From positions 1 to 43,921 of the forward strand of contig CBFFRP010000443.1 of NCBI GenBank assembly GCA_965644295.1: a DNA stretch of 43,921 bases. The letters are read 5' to 3'. Positions within the stretch are counted from its first letter, which is position 1, and each line of letters opens with the position of its first letter. A model generated the notes under the pieces. It did no database searches and was not told the DNA's origin. It worked only from the letters and a program-made list of their open reading frames with translations. Positions 1 to 14,600 of this stretch are shown one piece after another. Made by a program: the position numbers and the translations under genes. This DNA is from Paraphysomonas bandaiensis (taxonomy: Eukaryota; Protista; Chrysophyceae).

Positions 1-150
1 ATTTGTGGTTGTCACTATGCATATATGTATATATATATACATACATACTCAAGCCACACCAGCAGCAAGACTGGCACCTTCTATGCATTTTCTACGACTA
101 GTCAGTCATATATTCTCGTTTGTTGAGAACTTATAAGAAGAAATAAGAAA

Positions 151-1162
151 ATGATTATTAATCCTAATCGAGATTTGATTAGTTTGTTATTTAATTTAGA
201 AGGCTCTATTGTACCTGCTATAGCCCCTAAGATCATTGCAGCTGCAGTGTTAGGCTTATCGGCATGTTTCTTACGGAAATATAGAGATCATGTAGAATAT
301 GATTTCACTTCATTTACTGTATTTGGAGTTGCTTTGTCGTTGTTTTTGGGGTTTAGAAATAATGCATGCTATGCACGATGGTGGGAAGCAAGAAACCAGT
401 GTAAGTATAGTGGTACTGTATATATTACTGATTTTGATAATGTCGTTTTCTTCATTAGGGGGAAAACAAGTAATCGCTGTGCGTAATTTTGCTAGAGCGG
501 TCTATTCTTGCGTCCCTGAGAGAACCCATGCGGAAAGGATTGTGAAGTATGCCAGTGCGCACAGTCATGCTATGCGTCACCAGCTACGAGAAGATGAAAC
601 TGCTGTCAGTGACAGAAACAAATTTCTTTCCAAATATGAAATAGAGATTTGTGAGCAGTCGCCTAATGCAGCAGACCAGATATTAACGTTTGCCAGTAAA
701 GCATTAAGTGAGTTTGTGACCACACAATACGCTGCTACGAATGTAGATGTACCGAATAAATCTGCAACCGTCAGAGGAATAGATAGCGTGATGTTCTTTG
801 GTATACATAATCACTTGTCAGAGATGGGTGCTGTACAGGGCGCATGTGAACGACTGAAGTCTACCCCAGTGCCTTTTGCGTATTCGTTGCTGGTATACAG
901 AACCGCATGTCTCTACATACTGCTTGTACCGTTTGCAATGGTAGATACGGCTGGTTGGTTTACGCCATTAATTATGGCAATTATTGCATATGTTTTCTTT
1001 GGGCTGGATGAACTTGCGTTGCAATTGGAGCGCCCTTTTAGTACGTCAGTGCAAGCCATACCATTGACAGCGTTGTGTAGAACGATTGATGTATCTGTGG
1101 CGACGGCTATTGGAGAATCCCCTCCACAGCCTGTATCACCTACGCGAACTGTATTATTATAG
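151..1162 (+). CDS. Bestrophin-family anion channel, bacterial/YneE (UPF0187)-type, ~317 aa, 2 exons (151-400, 459-1162)
   Basis: Removing a GT-AG intron at 401-458 joins the two track ORFs and gives FLGFRNN..YARWWEARNQWG, GACERLKSTPVPFAY and FFGLDELALQLERPF, the diagnostic motifs of the bacterial-type bestrophin family. Confidence 0.9.
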
Positions 1163-1739
1163 AAATAGTTTTTATTGTGTAAATAAGTACAAAGTATATC
1201 TGAGGACAATCGGTTCTGTTTCAAGGCTACACGTAGTGAAATTATCAATGATAGGTCGAGCAATATGCTATTTATTATTTAGAGACGAAGCTCTATTTGA
1301 GTGATAATTTATTGCTACATAGTATTAATACATCATGAGCATGTATTCTAGATCCTAGTTCATACGAATAAACGCAACGTAATGAAAGACGAAAGAGAGC
1401 TAGAGGAAAATATCTTAAATCTTTTTTAAATGCTATTCAAGGGAGTGAACATTATATGAGCACATATGCCGAAATGCTAATATCACGAAACTTCATCTTG
1501 TAGTGCTAAGAGCACTGCCATATACAAGACGCACGGGCTGCGAATAACATACATCATCCCTACGACCACTTATCGTTGCTTATCTGAACATGATATAACC
1601 CACGGACAGGGATGGTTATTTCATCCACGTGTCCATTTCTGCTCACTGTATGGGATTCAGATGTTTAAGCTACTGATAAGAGGGCAAGTAATTCCATGAA
1701 TAGAGAGGGTCGAGTAACAGGGTCGCTGGAGCACATTAA

Positions 1740-1961
1740 GTGACTTCCTCCTGCAGTATGTACACAGGCTATACAGGTGACTTCCTCCTGCAGTATGTGC
1801 ACAGGCTATACAGGTGACTTCCTCCTGCAGTATGTGCGCAGGCTATACAGGCGACTTCCTCCTGCAGTATGTACACAGGCTACACAGGTGACTTCCTCCT
1901 GCAGTATGTACACAGGCTATACAGGTGACTTCCTCCTGCACTATGTGCACAGGCTATCTAG
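1740..1961 (+). repeat. 37-bp minisatellite, 6 copies (gtgacttcctcctgcagtatgtacacaggctatacag); last copy ends in a hairpin + CTAG|T, like a Helitron 3' end
   Basis: Units start at 1740, 1777, 1814, 1851, 1888 and 1925 with no spacers. The final unit reads CCTGCAC-TAT-GTGCA(CA)GG-ctat-CTAG-T. Confidence 0.9.
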
Positions 1962-2641
1962 TGTAAATGTACAGTGCATGAGCTGACTGCTGTTGTCCAT
2001 CTCTTGGCCACAGATGCATGAGAATACACATCCTATAGGCAAAATATGCCATATATGAAGCGTAGATTATCATTTAATTGAGTGATAACCCTTCACAGCC
2101 CACTGCTGTGTGTAGATATACCCACATGATAGACGTTGTCCTGTGAGTTGGGGAAGATATTGAGGAAAACGTCGATTAGGCAAAAAATCCCAGATTTGTT
2201 GTAATATATACTATCTTTTGATGATCAATATATTACAAACAACGAAAAAACTGCGATTTTTTGCCTTGTCGACTTTTTCCCACTTGCTGCTGCAGGAGTG
2301 TATACTTGTATAAATACCTGCTGCTGGTGAGTGATATATATTGTGAGTGTCGTACGGCAGGTCAAAATATATCCAATCTGCTGCTGGTGACGTCGGTATA
2401 TAGGCAGTTACACATAGGCGATACATGTATATGTATATGAAAGCTTCGTATATATATGTATATATAGACTGCTTCATATGATACATACACAACTCCACGT
2501 ACATACATATACATCCATACATATATATATACATACATATGCATAGTGTGAGATAGTGTGGTCAAGCATTTCATTTCAACATAATCCCACACCTTCTCAT
2601 ATAATCATATCCCCATCTACATCCTGGAGACAATCTAGAAC

Positions 2642-5600
2642 ATGTCGAATGGTGGGAATAAATCAGTATCAAGCACTTGGAGCACCGAGTTGCTTGCATC
2701 TCGATTATATAGTGATCAAAAAGGAAAACCAGGTCAATCATCAAATTTATTAGATACTCGTATGCGAATGAGTCAATCACAATCAACACCAACATTACGT
2801 ACAGTAAAACCAACAATTGAAAGAAAATCTATCCGAAAAACTGCCAAATTAGGTTCTAAAGATGATCGTCATGTCATACCAGGGTTACTTACTTCGTCTT
2901 CATCAACCTCATTGAATATATCAAAAAAGAATACAATATCTTCAAATTCAACTGAAGATGAAATGATATCCAATCATTATAATGAAGTTTTAAAACCATC
3001 AATCACAACTTCATTTTTACAATCATTAAATTTATCACCCAAACTTCATCATGAATTATTTCATGTACCTCATACATTCTTTTATTTACAATCTAAGACA
3101 TCAGTTGATACCAAAGCTTATGATCTTCAATTGATATCTCAAGATAAGGTGGATAAGGATCAGTATTATACGATCTCTAAAGAGGGTATAACACTTCATA
3201 GGTTAGGATATGATATAGAATAGATTGTTTATGTTTATGGGATATGTTTTGTAGGAGAAATGATAGCGAGTTTACCTCTTTAAATCAATGGGAAAGAGAG
3301 TTTAATCTCTTTCATCAGATATCTGTTATTCCATTCTTTCGTCAATATCGTCGATGGAAGGTAACATATACGTATATACATGATACTGACTATGTTATAT
3401 ACATGCTACTGTATGTGTTATGTATATGATACTGACTATGTTATATACATGCTACTGTATGTGTTATATATATCATACTGTATATATATGATACTGACTA
3501 TGTTATATACATGCTACTGTATGTGTTATATATATGATACTGTATATGTTATATATATGATACTGCATATTGTATATATATAATGCTGTATTTTTTATGT
3601 AGGCATTCACAGTATGGAAGAAAGGCCTTCGATATGGGAAGATGGAAGCAGCATCAACACGATTAGAAAACAATCTGTTTCTCTTTAATGTGGCACTTCG
3701 GCAGGCTCTGCTTACTGTACGTGAAGAATGTGCAGTGTTGGGATCACAGGCTCTGGTAGAGCTTTCTGGAGAAGGCTATCGACTGGATGATTTTGTGCGT
3801 TGTCAGAACATGGTACATATGGAAGCGAGGTCAAAAATTGAGGTACTTTCACAGGCAGTTCTCAGTACTGCTCGAGTTGCGTGTGATGAGGTTGTGGACG
3901 AGTTTTTGAAAGAAAATAATATTGTCGCCAATCATAAAATGACGTTTATGGAACGTGCATCTCTTCGGTCGGAATGCCGCCATTTGACGAGATTCTTGCG
4001 TCTTGTGGATATAATGGTTGCTGATTTTTTGCGTACGATGGTCATCGAGGCTCTTCAAAACCTTGTGGCTGCTGTGGAGTGGCCTGCTGGAACAGAAATG
4101 GAACCTGTAATTCGAGGTGATGGGCCACTGCAGCTAAATGATGGTACTGAAACGACGTCACCGAAAAAGCATCAAAAACCTACTGGTGAGATCTTCCTTT
4201 CCCATAACTTGTTATGAGTTAAGTTTTCTTTTCATTCAGGTAAAGCGGTCAAGCGAGGACCGTTGTTCCGTATTGTGGTCAGTTATGAGGCCTCTACGCC
4301 ACGTGCGCCACTGAAGCGCCAGGACAGTCGGGACGACAAAAAGGAGGAGGATAAAATCAAAGACAGCAGAAGCAAAGACGCGAAGGATAAAGAAGACGTT
4401 GTCGACGAGGGTGACGTTCCTGAAGTGACAATGTCTCTCAGCCCCAGTCTAGAGGAGCTGAACACTAGTGTGGATGGTATTATATATGACACTCTTGATG
4501 TAGTTCGGAGTTTGGAGAAAGTATTCACGTCCACCGAGGCGGAGATGTATGTAATGCCTGCAGAGGGTGATGAGGAAGATGCAGGAGGAGATGGGGCAGC
4601 ACAGGTTAGCTATATGTCATTCATTTTTATGAAACTCATTGAATCTGTGTACAGGGTGGTGATGCAATTGATTTCGCATCGGCAATCCGGAACAGCCAGG
4701 CATTTTCTCGCTCGAAAGAGCTGGTGCACCAACATTTACATAAGGCCTATGGAGCCATTCAAAACTACATTCAGAGGTTTCAGCCACCAATTCAGACATA
4801 TTTGCAAAATCTGAAATATGCCGCTGAGGTTGCGTCGAGGTTTGAGTCTGGCGAGGCCTCTGGATTTCAGAGTGCCATTGCAGAATATCGCTCCCAAGTA
4901 GAACTCTTCAGTAGTGTACCTAAATATGCTGATGTTGGAGTAATGCTCGTTGATAGTGAATCATTGAAGGAGATGATGTTGCCATCTCCGCTGGCATGCC
5001 TTGATAGTCTCCAACAGTTTCTCCCTCAGCTGGTTACCAGTAAGGCCCAGCTGCTTCTCGAAGAAGTTGGGTCCATGAACCCAGTTATCGCTGGTGACCC
5101 CCCCACTGTTGAAGCGTATGTACTCAAGAAAAAGACTAAAGACAAGGCAGCCGCTGGACTCGATGAGTTCAAAGAGAGACTATCATACGTTCAAGCCCTT
5201 GTGCGAGTCCTAGAGGACAATTCTTGGCCTATACAGGACAATGTAAAGGCTCTTATGAGAATGCTCAAGGACTCTATCGCCCAGCTAGAAGTGAATATTC
5301 AACTTGCAGAAGGTAAAGAAGAGGAGGAGGTCAAGAAGTTTAGTCTGCTTGTGACGGAAGAGTGTCCCAAGGTACCAATTACACATATCGCAATTGTAGT
5401 GTCACCGCTAGTAGCATACCCTGGCTCTTGCTTGAGTTTACTTATATTTTGCTTAGGTTGCCAAGAGTGCATTGTTGGTACGAGAGCAGCTCGATAAAGC
5501 TATGATAGGCGATCCCAAGTCACCTGAGGAGAAGGTGTTGAAATTTCTTCAGCAACAAGAACAAGATTTCAACAAGCTAAAAGAGAAGAAAGAAAAATTG

Positions 5601-8600
5601 CAGGACTACCAAGCCATTCTCAAGCTTCCGATAGAGGAATTCGAAGTGATGGATGAAGTAGGATCAGATCTTAACTTAAAGCTACGTCTGTGGAGGGACA
5701 AGTCTGAGTGGACAAAGCTTCGAGCTAGTATGTTGAAATCTCAGATTAACACAATTGATGTGAATATGATGGAGAAAGAGTTAGCAAAGTTCAATAAAAC
5801 TGTGTTTTTGGCGTCGAAAGGGCTACCCACGAATGAAGTGGTGCCATTTTTGAAAGCTTCTGTCGATGAGCTCAACCCTGTGCTTCCTGTGGTTGTGGAT
5901 CTCCGCAATCCCTCTCTCAAGGAACGTCATTGGGAAATGATTCGGGATTTGATTGGGATTGATATTCAGAAAGAGCCTGACTTCTCGTTGTTTGATTTGA
6001 TAGATAAGAAAGTGACTGACAAACAAGAGGAGATCAGTGTAATCACCACCGCTGCTCAACAGGAGTCAATTCTGGAAGAAATGATGGCCAAAGTAACAAA
6101 GATATGGGAAGCGTCTGAATTTGAGGTCAAGCCTTACAAGGATATTAAGGACTTGTATATTCTAGGCGACACATCAGACATTGTAGCCAACCTTGACGAC
6201 AGTCTTGTTACTATTAACACTGTCCTTGGATCACGTTATGTAGCTGGAATCCGAACTTTTGTCGATAATTGGCGCGCCAAGCTCATGCACTTCCAGGAAA
6301 CTCTGGATGAGTGGCTAACTTGTCAACGCAATTGGATGTACCTAGAAACGATTTTTAGCTCTCCGGATATCATCCGTCAGCTTCCTGGGCCGTCCAAGAC
6401 TTTTCAGGCTGTTGACAAATCTTGGAAATCTATTATGAAGGCTACTAATGATGAGCCGAATGCTATCAAAGCTGCCACAGCGGACAAAACTAGGCGTGAT
6501 ATGTTCCGCTCACACAACGCGAATTTAGACCAGATTCAGAAGGATCTGGAAGACTACTTAGAAACAAAGAGGATGGCATTCCCTAGGTTTTACTTCCTCT
6601 CGAACGACGAGCTTTTGGAGATTCTGTCTCAAGCGAAAGAGCCGAGGGCTGTTCAACCACACATGAGGAAGTGTTTTGACAATCTTGTAAGACTTGAATT
6701 TGGAGCGGAGGAAGGAAGCATTGATATTCTCGCTATGTTCTCTGGGGAAGGCGAGAGAGTGGGATTGGGAAGGAACCTGAAGGCCAGGGGAAACGTTGAG
6801 GAGTGGTTGACTGCTGTGGAGAAGAAAATGAAAGAATCTCTTTATCAATGTATGAAGACTGGTCTTGCTGATTATGATGCCAGGCCGAGAGAGGAGTGGA
6901 TCCTGTTGCATCCAGGACAAGTGGTGGCCACTGTTGCGCAAATGACATGGGCAAGGGACACTGAGGCTGCACTCAAAGACGAGAATGATGTCCCTGCGGC
7001 GATGAATGAGTGGTCCACTCGGTACAAAGCTGATTTACAGCAACTTATTGTTAAGATTCGCGGATCGTTAAAACCGTTGGAGAGAATGGTGATCGTTGCC
7101 CTCGTCACAACAGATGTGCATGCACGTGATATCATCGAGGAGCTCATTGAGAGGAATGTGACTAGTATATACGACTTTCTTTGGCAACAGCAGCTGAGAT
7201 ACTATTGGAGTCAGGATGTAGATGATTGTCAGATCAAACATTCTGATGCTACCGTGGCTTATGGATACGAGTATATGGGTGCGACCAGTCGGCTTGTTAT
7301 CACCCCTCTCACTGACCGCTGCTGGTTGACATTGACGGGGTCGTATGCATTGAAGTTAGGAGGGGCTCCTGCTGGTCCAGCTGGTACAGGAAAGACAGAG
7401 AGCAGTAAAGATCTTGCTAAGGCGATGGGAATTCAATGCGTTGTGTTTAACTGTTCTGATCAGATTGATTACAAGATGATGGGAAAACTCTTCCGAGGCC
7501 TAGCTCAGGGGGGCTCATGGATATGTCTAGATGAGTTTAACCGTATCGATATTGAAGTGTTATCGGTGATAGCTCAGCAGTTGCTTGTTCTCAGAGAAGG
7601 TCGACAAGCTGGTAAATCGGTAATCAACTTCATGGGTATCACGATCCCTTTGGTGGACCATCACGTTATCATCACAATGAATCCTGGATATGCTGGGCGT
7701 ACAGAGCTGCCAGACAACCTTGCGGTGTGTTTCCGCCCAGTGTCTATGATGGTTCCCAACTACGCTCTCATTGCGGAAATCATGCTTTTTGCAGAGGGAT
7801 TCGGTGATGCCAAGAATCTGTCCAGAAAGATGTGTAAACTCTACATCCTCTGTTCGGAACAACTCTCCCAGCAACCTCATTATGACTATGGCTTACGAGC
7901 AGTAAAAAGTGTACTGGTAATGGCTGGAGGTCTGAAGCGATCTAACCCAGACAAATCAGAGGACCTAGTGCTTATTAGAGCTTTACGTGACTCTAATGTA
8001 CCTAAATTTCTTGCAGATGATCTACCTCTTTTTGCAGCTATTGTTCAGGATCTGTTCCCAGGAGTGGAAATCCCTCCGAATGACTATGGTGAACTCCAGG
8101 TTGCATTGGAAGAAGAAATCCTCAGGGCGGGACTGCAATTGGTGCCCAAGTTTATTGGTAAAGTTATCCAAATGTTTGACATCTTCAATATTCGCTTTGG
8201 AGCAACTTTGGTTGGGCCTGCTGGGACAGGAAAGACTACTTGTTATCGCATTTTGGCTGCCCTGATGACCAATTTGAGGGAGGAGAAAAATTCATCGAAT
8301 CCCGTTTTCCAGAAGGTGAAGTACAAAGTACTCAATCCTAAGTGTATTACCATGGGTGAGCTTTACGGTGAGTTCAACCCAATGACCCAGGAGTGGCATG
8401 ATGGTCTTGCCTCTACCATTATGCGAGAGTATGTTGCTGAGGAAAGTGATGAGAAGCGATGGACTGTATTTGATGGCCCTATCGATGCATTGTGGATTGA
8501 GAATATGAATACCGTATTAGATGATAACATGACTCTGTGCCTCGCCAATGGACAACGCATTAAACTGAAGTCAGAAATGAAGTGCTTATTCGAGGTCATG

Positions 8601-11600
8601 GATCTTGCAGTAGCGTCACCAGCCACTGTATCTCGTATTGGTGTAGTATATATGACACCTTCAGATCTTGGGTGGATGCCATACGTCACTTCCTGGCTGG
8701 CTAGAGCATTTCCCAGTGAGAAGTTTCCTGCCTGGATCCCAGCCCACCTAACTCGCCTTTTCGATGGTGTGGTGGGACAGGGTATCAAGCATCAACGTAA
8801 GTTTGGACATGAGCCTGTGGAGACGGTTAATATCCAGCTTGTTATATCTCTCTGCACTCTGTTCGAGACTCTTTTCCACCCTGACCGAGATGTCAATTTT
8901 GAGACCGGTACGGAAGAATCCCTAAAGTCCATAGCCGATAAAATTTTCTGGTTTTCGTATGTGTGGAGCGTAGGCGGGTCGACTGTAAGCACCTTCTGGC
9001 AGACATTTGACGAGCACGCTCGGGAGCTGTTTGAGGCGGTTGCCCCGAATCTTGGCCTTCCTGCTACGGGCACTGGGTTTGATTGGTTTGTTGACGTGAA
9101 GGAGAATAGATTCAAAGATTGGTCCACCATTGTACCGGAGTTCGTATATGACGGTAATGTCCCCTATTTTAGCTTAATGGTTCCTACCATGGATACAAGT
9201 CGATTTTCGTTTTTAATGAAACATCTTATCATTGCTGACAAACCAATGTTTCTTACTGGTGTTACCGGAACGGGGAAAACTGTGATGGTTCAAAACATTC
9301 TGACAAGTCTACAACCGATGCCATATGAGGGTGGGATGGGTGTGATCCCAATATTTATGAACTTTTCGGCGCAGACACTTTCCTTGGTTTGTCAGTCAAC
9401 TATTGAGTCGAAGCTGGAGAAGAAGAGAAAGAATCTACTGGGTGCTCCCGCTGGAAGGAAGGTGGTGGTGTTTGTGGATGATGTGAACATGCCCCTGGTA
9501 GAAGAATATGGTGCCCAGGCTCCTATCGAACTTCTCCGTCAATTCCTAGATCACAAAGGTTTCTATGACAGGGACAAACTCTTTTGGAAAGATATTGTTG
9601 ATGTTATGTTATTTGTGGGTGCGGCTCCACCAGGTGGTGGTAGAGCAGCCGTAACTCCGCGATTTGTGCGGCACTTCAACGTTGTGTGTACCCCACCTGC
9701 ATCGGAGAGTACATTAACACATATATTTGAGTCTATTTTGTCGGGATTCTTGCAAAAATTTGAGCCAGAGATCCAGAAGATGTGCAAAGGAACTGTATCT
9801 GCAACTATTGATGTTTACAATAAAATCTCAGAGGAGTTGCTACCGACTCCGGCGAAATTTCACTACACATTCAATCTCCGTGATATCAGCAAAGTTTTCC
9901 AGGGTATCCTTATGATACGCCCTAGAAAGTGTACTAGTACGGAAGTCTTTACTCGACTCTGGATACATGAGTGCCAGCGTATCTTCTATGACCGCCTTAT
10001 AAATGAAGCCGACCAACGATGGTTCATGACTCTAATTGGGGAACTGTGTAACCGTCACTTGAAAACCCCTATATCCGAAGACGAACTATTCGGAAAGCCT
10101 ATAATATTTGCTGAATTTCTTAAACCAGACGTGGAAGTGAGGTACTACGAAGATGTTCGGGACCTCAACAAATTGACAACTATCTTGGACGATATGTTGG
10201 ATAACTACAATGCTACCTTCCCTACCCAAATGAATTTAGTCTTTTTCCAGGATGCTCTAGCACACACAACTCGAATTTCCCGTATCTTGAGACAACCCAG
10301 AGGGAATGCAATGCTCATTGGTGTTGGTGGCAGTGGAAAGCAAAGTCTCACTCGTATGGCTTCATTTGTTGGTGATATGTCTTGTTCGTCCATCGAAATC
10401 AATCGTGGGTATGGAATGAATGAGTTTCGCGAAGACATAAAAAAGTTTATGATACGAACCGGTGTGGAAGGCAAAGATACAGTGTTCCTTTTCACAGACT
10501 CTCAGATTGTAGATGAGACAATGTTAGAAGATCTGAATAATGTCCTCAACACTGGTGAGATCCCTAATTTATTTCCTCAAGATGAGACTGACAAGATTGT
10601 GAGCGATATGATTGCTGTTTGCAAAGAAGCTGGCATTCCTGAAACGAGAGACAACTGTTTAACGCACTTCGTATCCCGTGTTCGTGATAAGTTGCATATC
10701 GTGTTGGGAATGTCCCCTGTAGGTGATGCGCTCAGGATCAGATGCAGGCAATTTCCATCTCTTATCAACTGTACCACCATCGATTGGTTTCATGGCTGGC
10801 CTGAAGCGGCCTTGATATCTGTCGCGGAGAGATTCTTGTGTGATGTTGAGTTGCCTTCAGATGAGGTTCGTGCTGGTGTGGTGAAAATGTGTGGTTTTGT
10901 GCACCGGTCTATTGAGAAAACTTCTGTACAGTTCTACAACGTTCTTCGCCGTCGTGTATACACGACCCCGAAGAGCTATCTAGACCTAATTAACTTATAC
11001 ATGAGTATGCTCGCGGGGTTACAACAGGCTGTTGAGGTCAAATGTGACCGGATGAAGGTTGGAGTTCAAAAATTGAAAGAAACAAATGAACTTGTTGACG
11101 GTCTTAAGAAAGAGCTGATAGCCTTGGAGCCAGTACTCAAAGAAAAGAGTATCGAGACTGAACAACTGCTGCAGCAGGTGGCCACTGATAGTGCTGAAGC
11201 GGCTGTCGTAGCTGAGAAAGTATCTGCGGAAGAGGCAGAAGTGGGAAAGCAGGCGGCAGAAACTGCAGCGGTGGCTGCAGATGCCCAGAAGGATTTGGAC
11301 CGTGCTTTACCAGCACTAAACTCCGCAGTAGCTGCACTGAAGTCTCTGACTAAGGCAGATATCACGGAGGTGAAATCTTTCACGAATCCACCGAACGCCG
11401 TGCGTGTTGTGATGGAAGGTGTTTGTGTGCTGCTGGGTGAGAAGGAAAGTTGGGATGTTTCAAAGAAGCTTCTTGGTAGGGCGGATTTCATGGAGCTGTT
11501 AACCGGATATGACAAAGACAATATTGCTGAGTCTAGGTTGAAAAAACTGCGAAAGAATTACATTAATGCCGATGAATTCCAACCGGAGACTGTACAAAAA

Positions 11601-14600
11601 GTGTCTAAAGCTGGTCTTGGTCTTTGTCTCTGGTGTCGCGCCATGGACGTGTATGCAGATGTTGCCAAAGAGGTTGGACCGAAGAAAGCACGTCTCGAAG
11701 AGATGAATGCTCAGCTTGCGAAAGCCAACGCCGAGCTGGCTGAGAAACAGGCCCAGTTAAAAGCTGTTCAGGACAAGGTAGCAGCTCTACAGGAGCTATG
11801 TGATACCACCTTGGCAGAGAAAAATAGGCTACAACAAGAGAGTGATACCACTGCAGCTCGTTTGGTGCGTGCGGAAAAACTGACCTCTGGTTTGAACTCT
11901 GAGGGTGCGCGATGGAAGGAGACCATTATTGCTTTGACCGAAGAGAAAACTAATCTAATTGGGGATTGTTTCTTATCTTGCGCTTGTGTGAGCTATTACG
12001 GCGGGTTCACTGGGACGTACAGAGAAATGCTGATCAATCAGTGGCTACAATTGGCTGCAGAGGTGAATATTCCAGCGTCATCTGTATTCTCCCTGACAAA
12101 CACTCTCGGTAACCCTGTGGTTATAAGAGAGTGGCAAAACCAGGGGCTTCCCACGGACTCGGTGTCCGTCAATAATGGCATTTTAGTGGACAGATGTAGG
12201 CGTTGGCCACTTATGATCGATCCTCAGATGCAAGCCAATAAATGGATCCGGAAGAAGGAAGAGGCCAACAGTCTTCAGATTACCACCATGAGGGACACAA
12301 ATCTTCTCCGCACGCTAGAGAATTGTATTCGAGTAGGTCGTCCTCTTCTAATAGAGGATATTGGGGAGCAGATTGAGCCTGCATTGGAGCCTGTCCTCCA
12401 GAAAGCAACGTTTAAAAATGGTACTCGTCTTTTAATACGCCTTGGAGATAGTGATGTGGATTATGACGTTAACTTCAAGTTATATATGACGACGAAGTTG
12501 CCGAACCCTCACTATTTGCCAGAGGTGTGTATCAAGGTTACACTTATCAACTTCACAGTCACCATGGAAGGTCTTGAGTCTCAGCTATTGGGTGATGTTG
12601 TCGCAGCTGAGCGGCCTGATATTGAGCAGAAGAAAGTCCAGTTGCTTCTACAGATGGCCGAAGATAAGCGTTTGTTGGCAGCCTTGGAAGAGAAAATTTT
12701 GAAAATGTTGTCGGAAAGTGAAGGCAATATTCTTGATGACGAAGTTCTTATCAACACACTGTCAGAGAGTAAATTAACTGCTACTGCGATTGGAGATCGT
12801 GTCGCAGAGGCTGAAATTACTGAACAGGAAATTAATGACGCACGTAGTCGGTATCTTGGAGTAGCGACCCGAGGAAGCATAATATACTTCGTGATTGCAG
12901 ATCTCGCTCAGATTGACCCCATGTATCAATACTCCTTGGCGTACTATGCTGGCTTGTTCAATAAGTGCATATTGGATTCAGAGAAGAGTCCTGTGTTAGA
13001 TACAAGACTGGAAAACATTATGAGTTATGCGACTTTGGTAATATATCAGAATATATGTCGTGGACTTTTTGAGAAAGATAAACTCTTGTTTTCGGCGTGT
13101 ATATGCTTTCAGATTCTGCGGCAAGCAGGTGAAATTGATGACCTTGAGTGGAATTTGTTTGTTCGAGGTCCGGGTGCACTGGACAAGTCGAACCAGCCTC
13201 CTAATCCATTTCCGGACCGTATTCCGGAACCCGCCTGGGACATACTGTATGCCGCTGAATTGAATTTGCGATACACATCTTCTGGGGATGCGCCGGAAGA
13301 GGGGGCCGATAGCTCGCCTACTGCACCTGTTCACAAGCATTCTGCCCCTCATCCATTTAACGGCCTTTGTGAGTCGATATCAAAGGATTTCAATGGGCCA
13401 TGGCATGACTGGATGGAATCCAAAGATATTATGGCTGCTCCACTTCCTAAACCTTTCGACAGTACATCGACTGTTAACTACTTCCAGAAATTAATTCTTG
13501 TCAAGGCCTTAAGGGAGGATAAACTCCAGGCCGCTGTTGCCAGCTTCGTGGCTGCGAAAATAGGAAAGAAGTTTGCCGAAAGCCCGAACACATCTATGGA
13601 AGACATTTACAGAGATCTCGATAATAAGGTAGCCGTTTTATAATTGATTTTCAGTACTCATATTCATGTGAACAGACTCCGTGTATTTTTGTTCTCTCAA
13701 CTGGTGCAGATCCCACAGGAACTCTATTGCGATTTGCTCGCAAGAAGGGATATGGTGACCGCCTTCACATAGTTTCTCTTGGACAAGGACAAGGTATGGT
13801 TTGAATTCGTAATCGAAATACATTGATGATTTCGCTCCTAAGGTGTTGTGGCTGCAAATTTGATTGATAATGGCATCAAGACTGGAGATTGGGTAGTATT
13901 GCAGAACTGTATGCTTGCCAAGTCTTGGATGCCTGAGTTGGACCGCATTGTGTTTGAGTTACAGGAGCGAGTAAATCAGGAGCAGAGTGGATCCACTGCA
14001 CTTCCCCCTGTGAATCCAGATTTCCGCCTTTATCTAACCTCAGCCCCTGCTGCTTACTTTCCTGTATCTGTGCTACAGAATGGTGTGAAAATGACCAACG
14101 AACCCCCGAAAGGCTTCCGAGCCAATGTTATCCGCTCTTTTGGAAATCTTATTAAGGAGGAAGATTATGAGAACTGTGTGAAACCCAGAGAATGGAAAAA
14201 ATTGCTGTCAGGGTTGGCCTTTTTTCACGCCAACATTCAGGAGAGAAGGAAGTTTGGACCTCTGGGGTGGAATATTAGATATGCATTTGACGAATCAGAT
14301 CTGGAAACTTCCATCGCTGTATTACGTCGATTCCTGGAACAGCAAGACACTGTCCCATGGGATGCACTTAATTATGTCACAGGTAGTTGACTGTGATAAT
14401 TTATATATTGTTTCTCAGAGTGTTATTCAGGTCATATCAATTATGGAGGCCGTGTTACAGATGATTGGGACAGGCGTTGTCTTATGAGTGTTCTCTCTAT
14501 ATACATGGTACCAGAGATCCTTGACGATAGCTACAAATTCTCCAAATCGGGAACATATTATGCTCCTGCCGTGGGGCCCCTTTCAGCAACTCTCAAGTAC

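Noticed and set aside
1740-1961. 37-bp repeats as a CRISPR array
   Set aside because: Units are head-to-tail with no unique spacers, there are no cas genes, and the context is eukaryotic.
2642-5497. Short ORFs upstream of the 2723-aa ORF as separate genes, frameshifts or an alternative genetic code
   Set aside because: All join in frame through canonical GT-AG introns into the dynein N-terminal tail.
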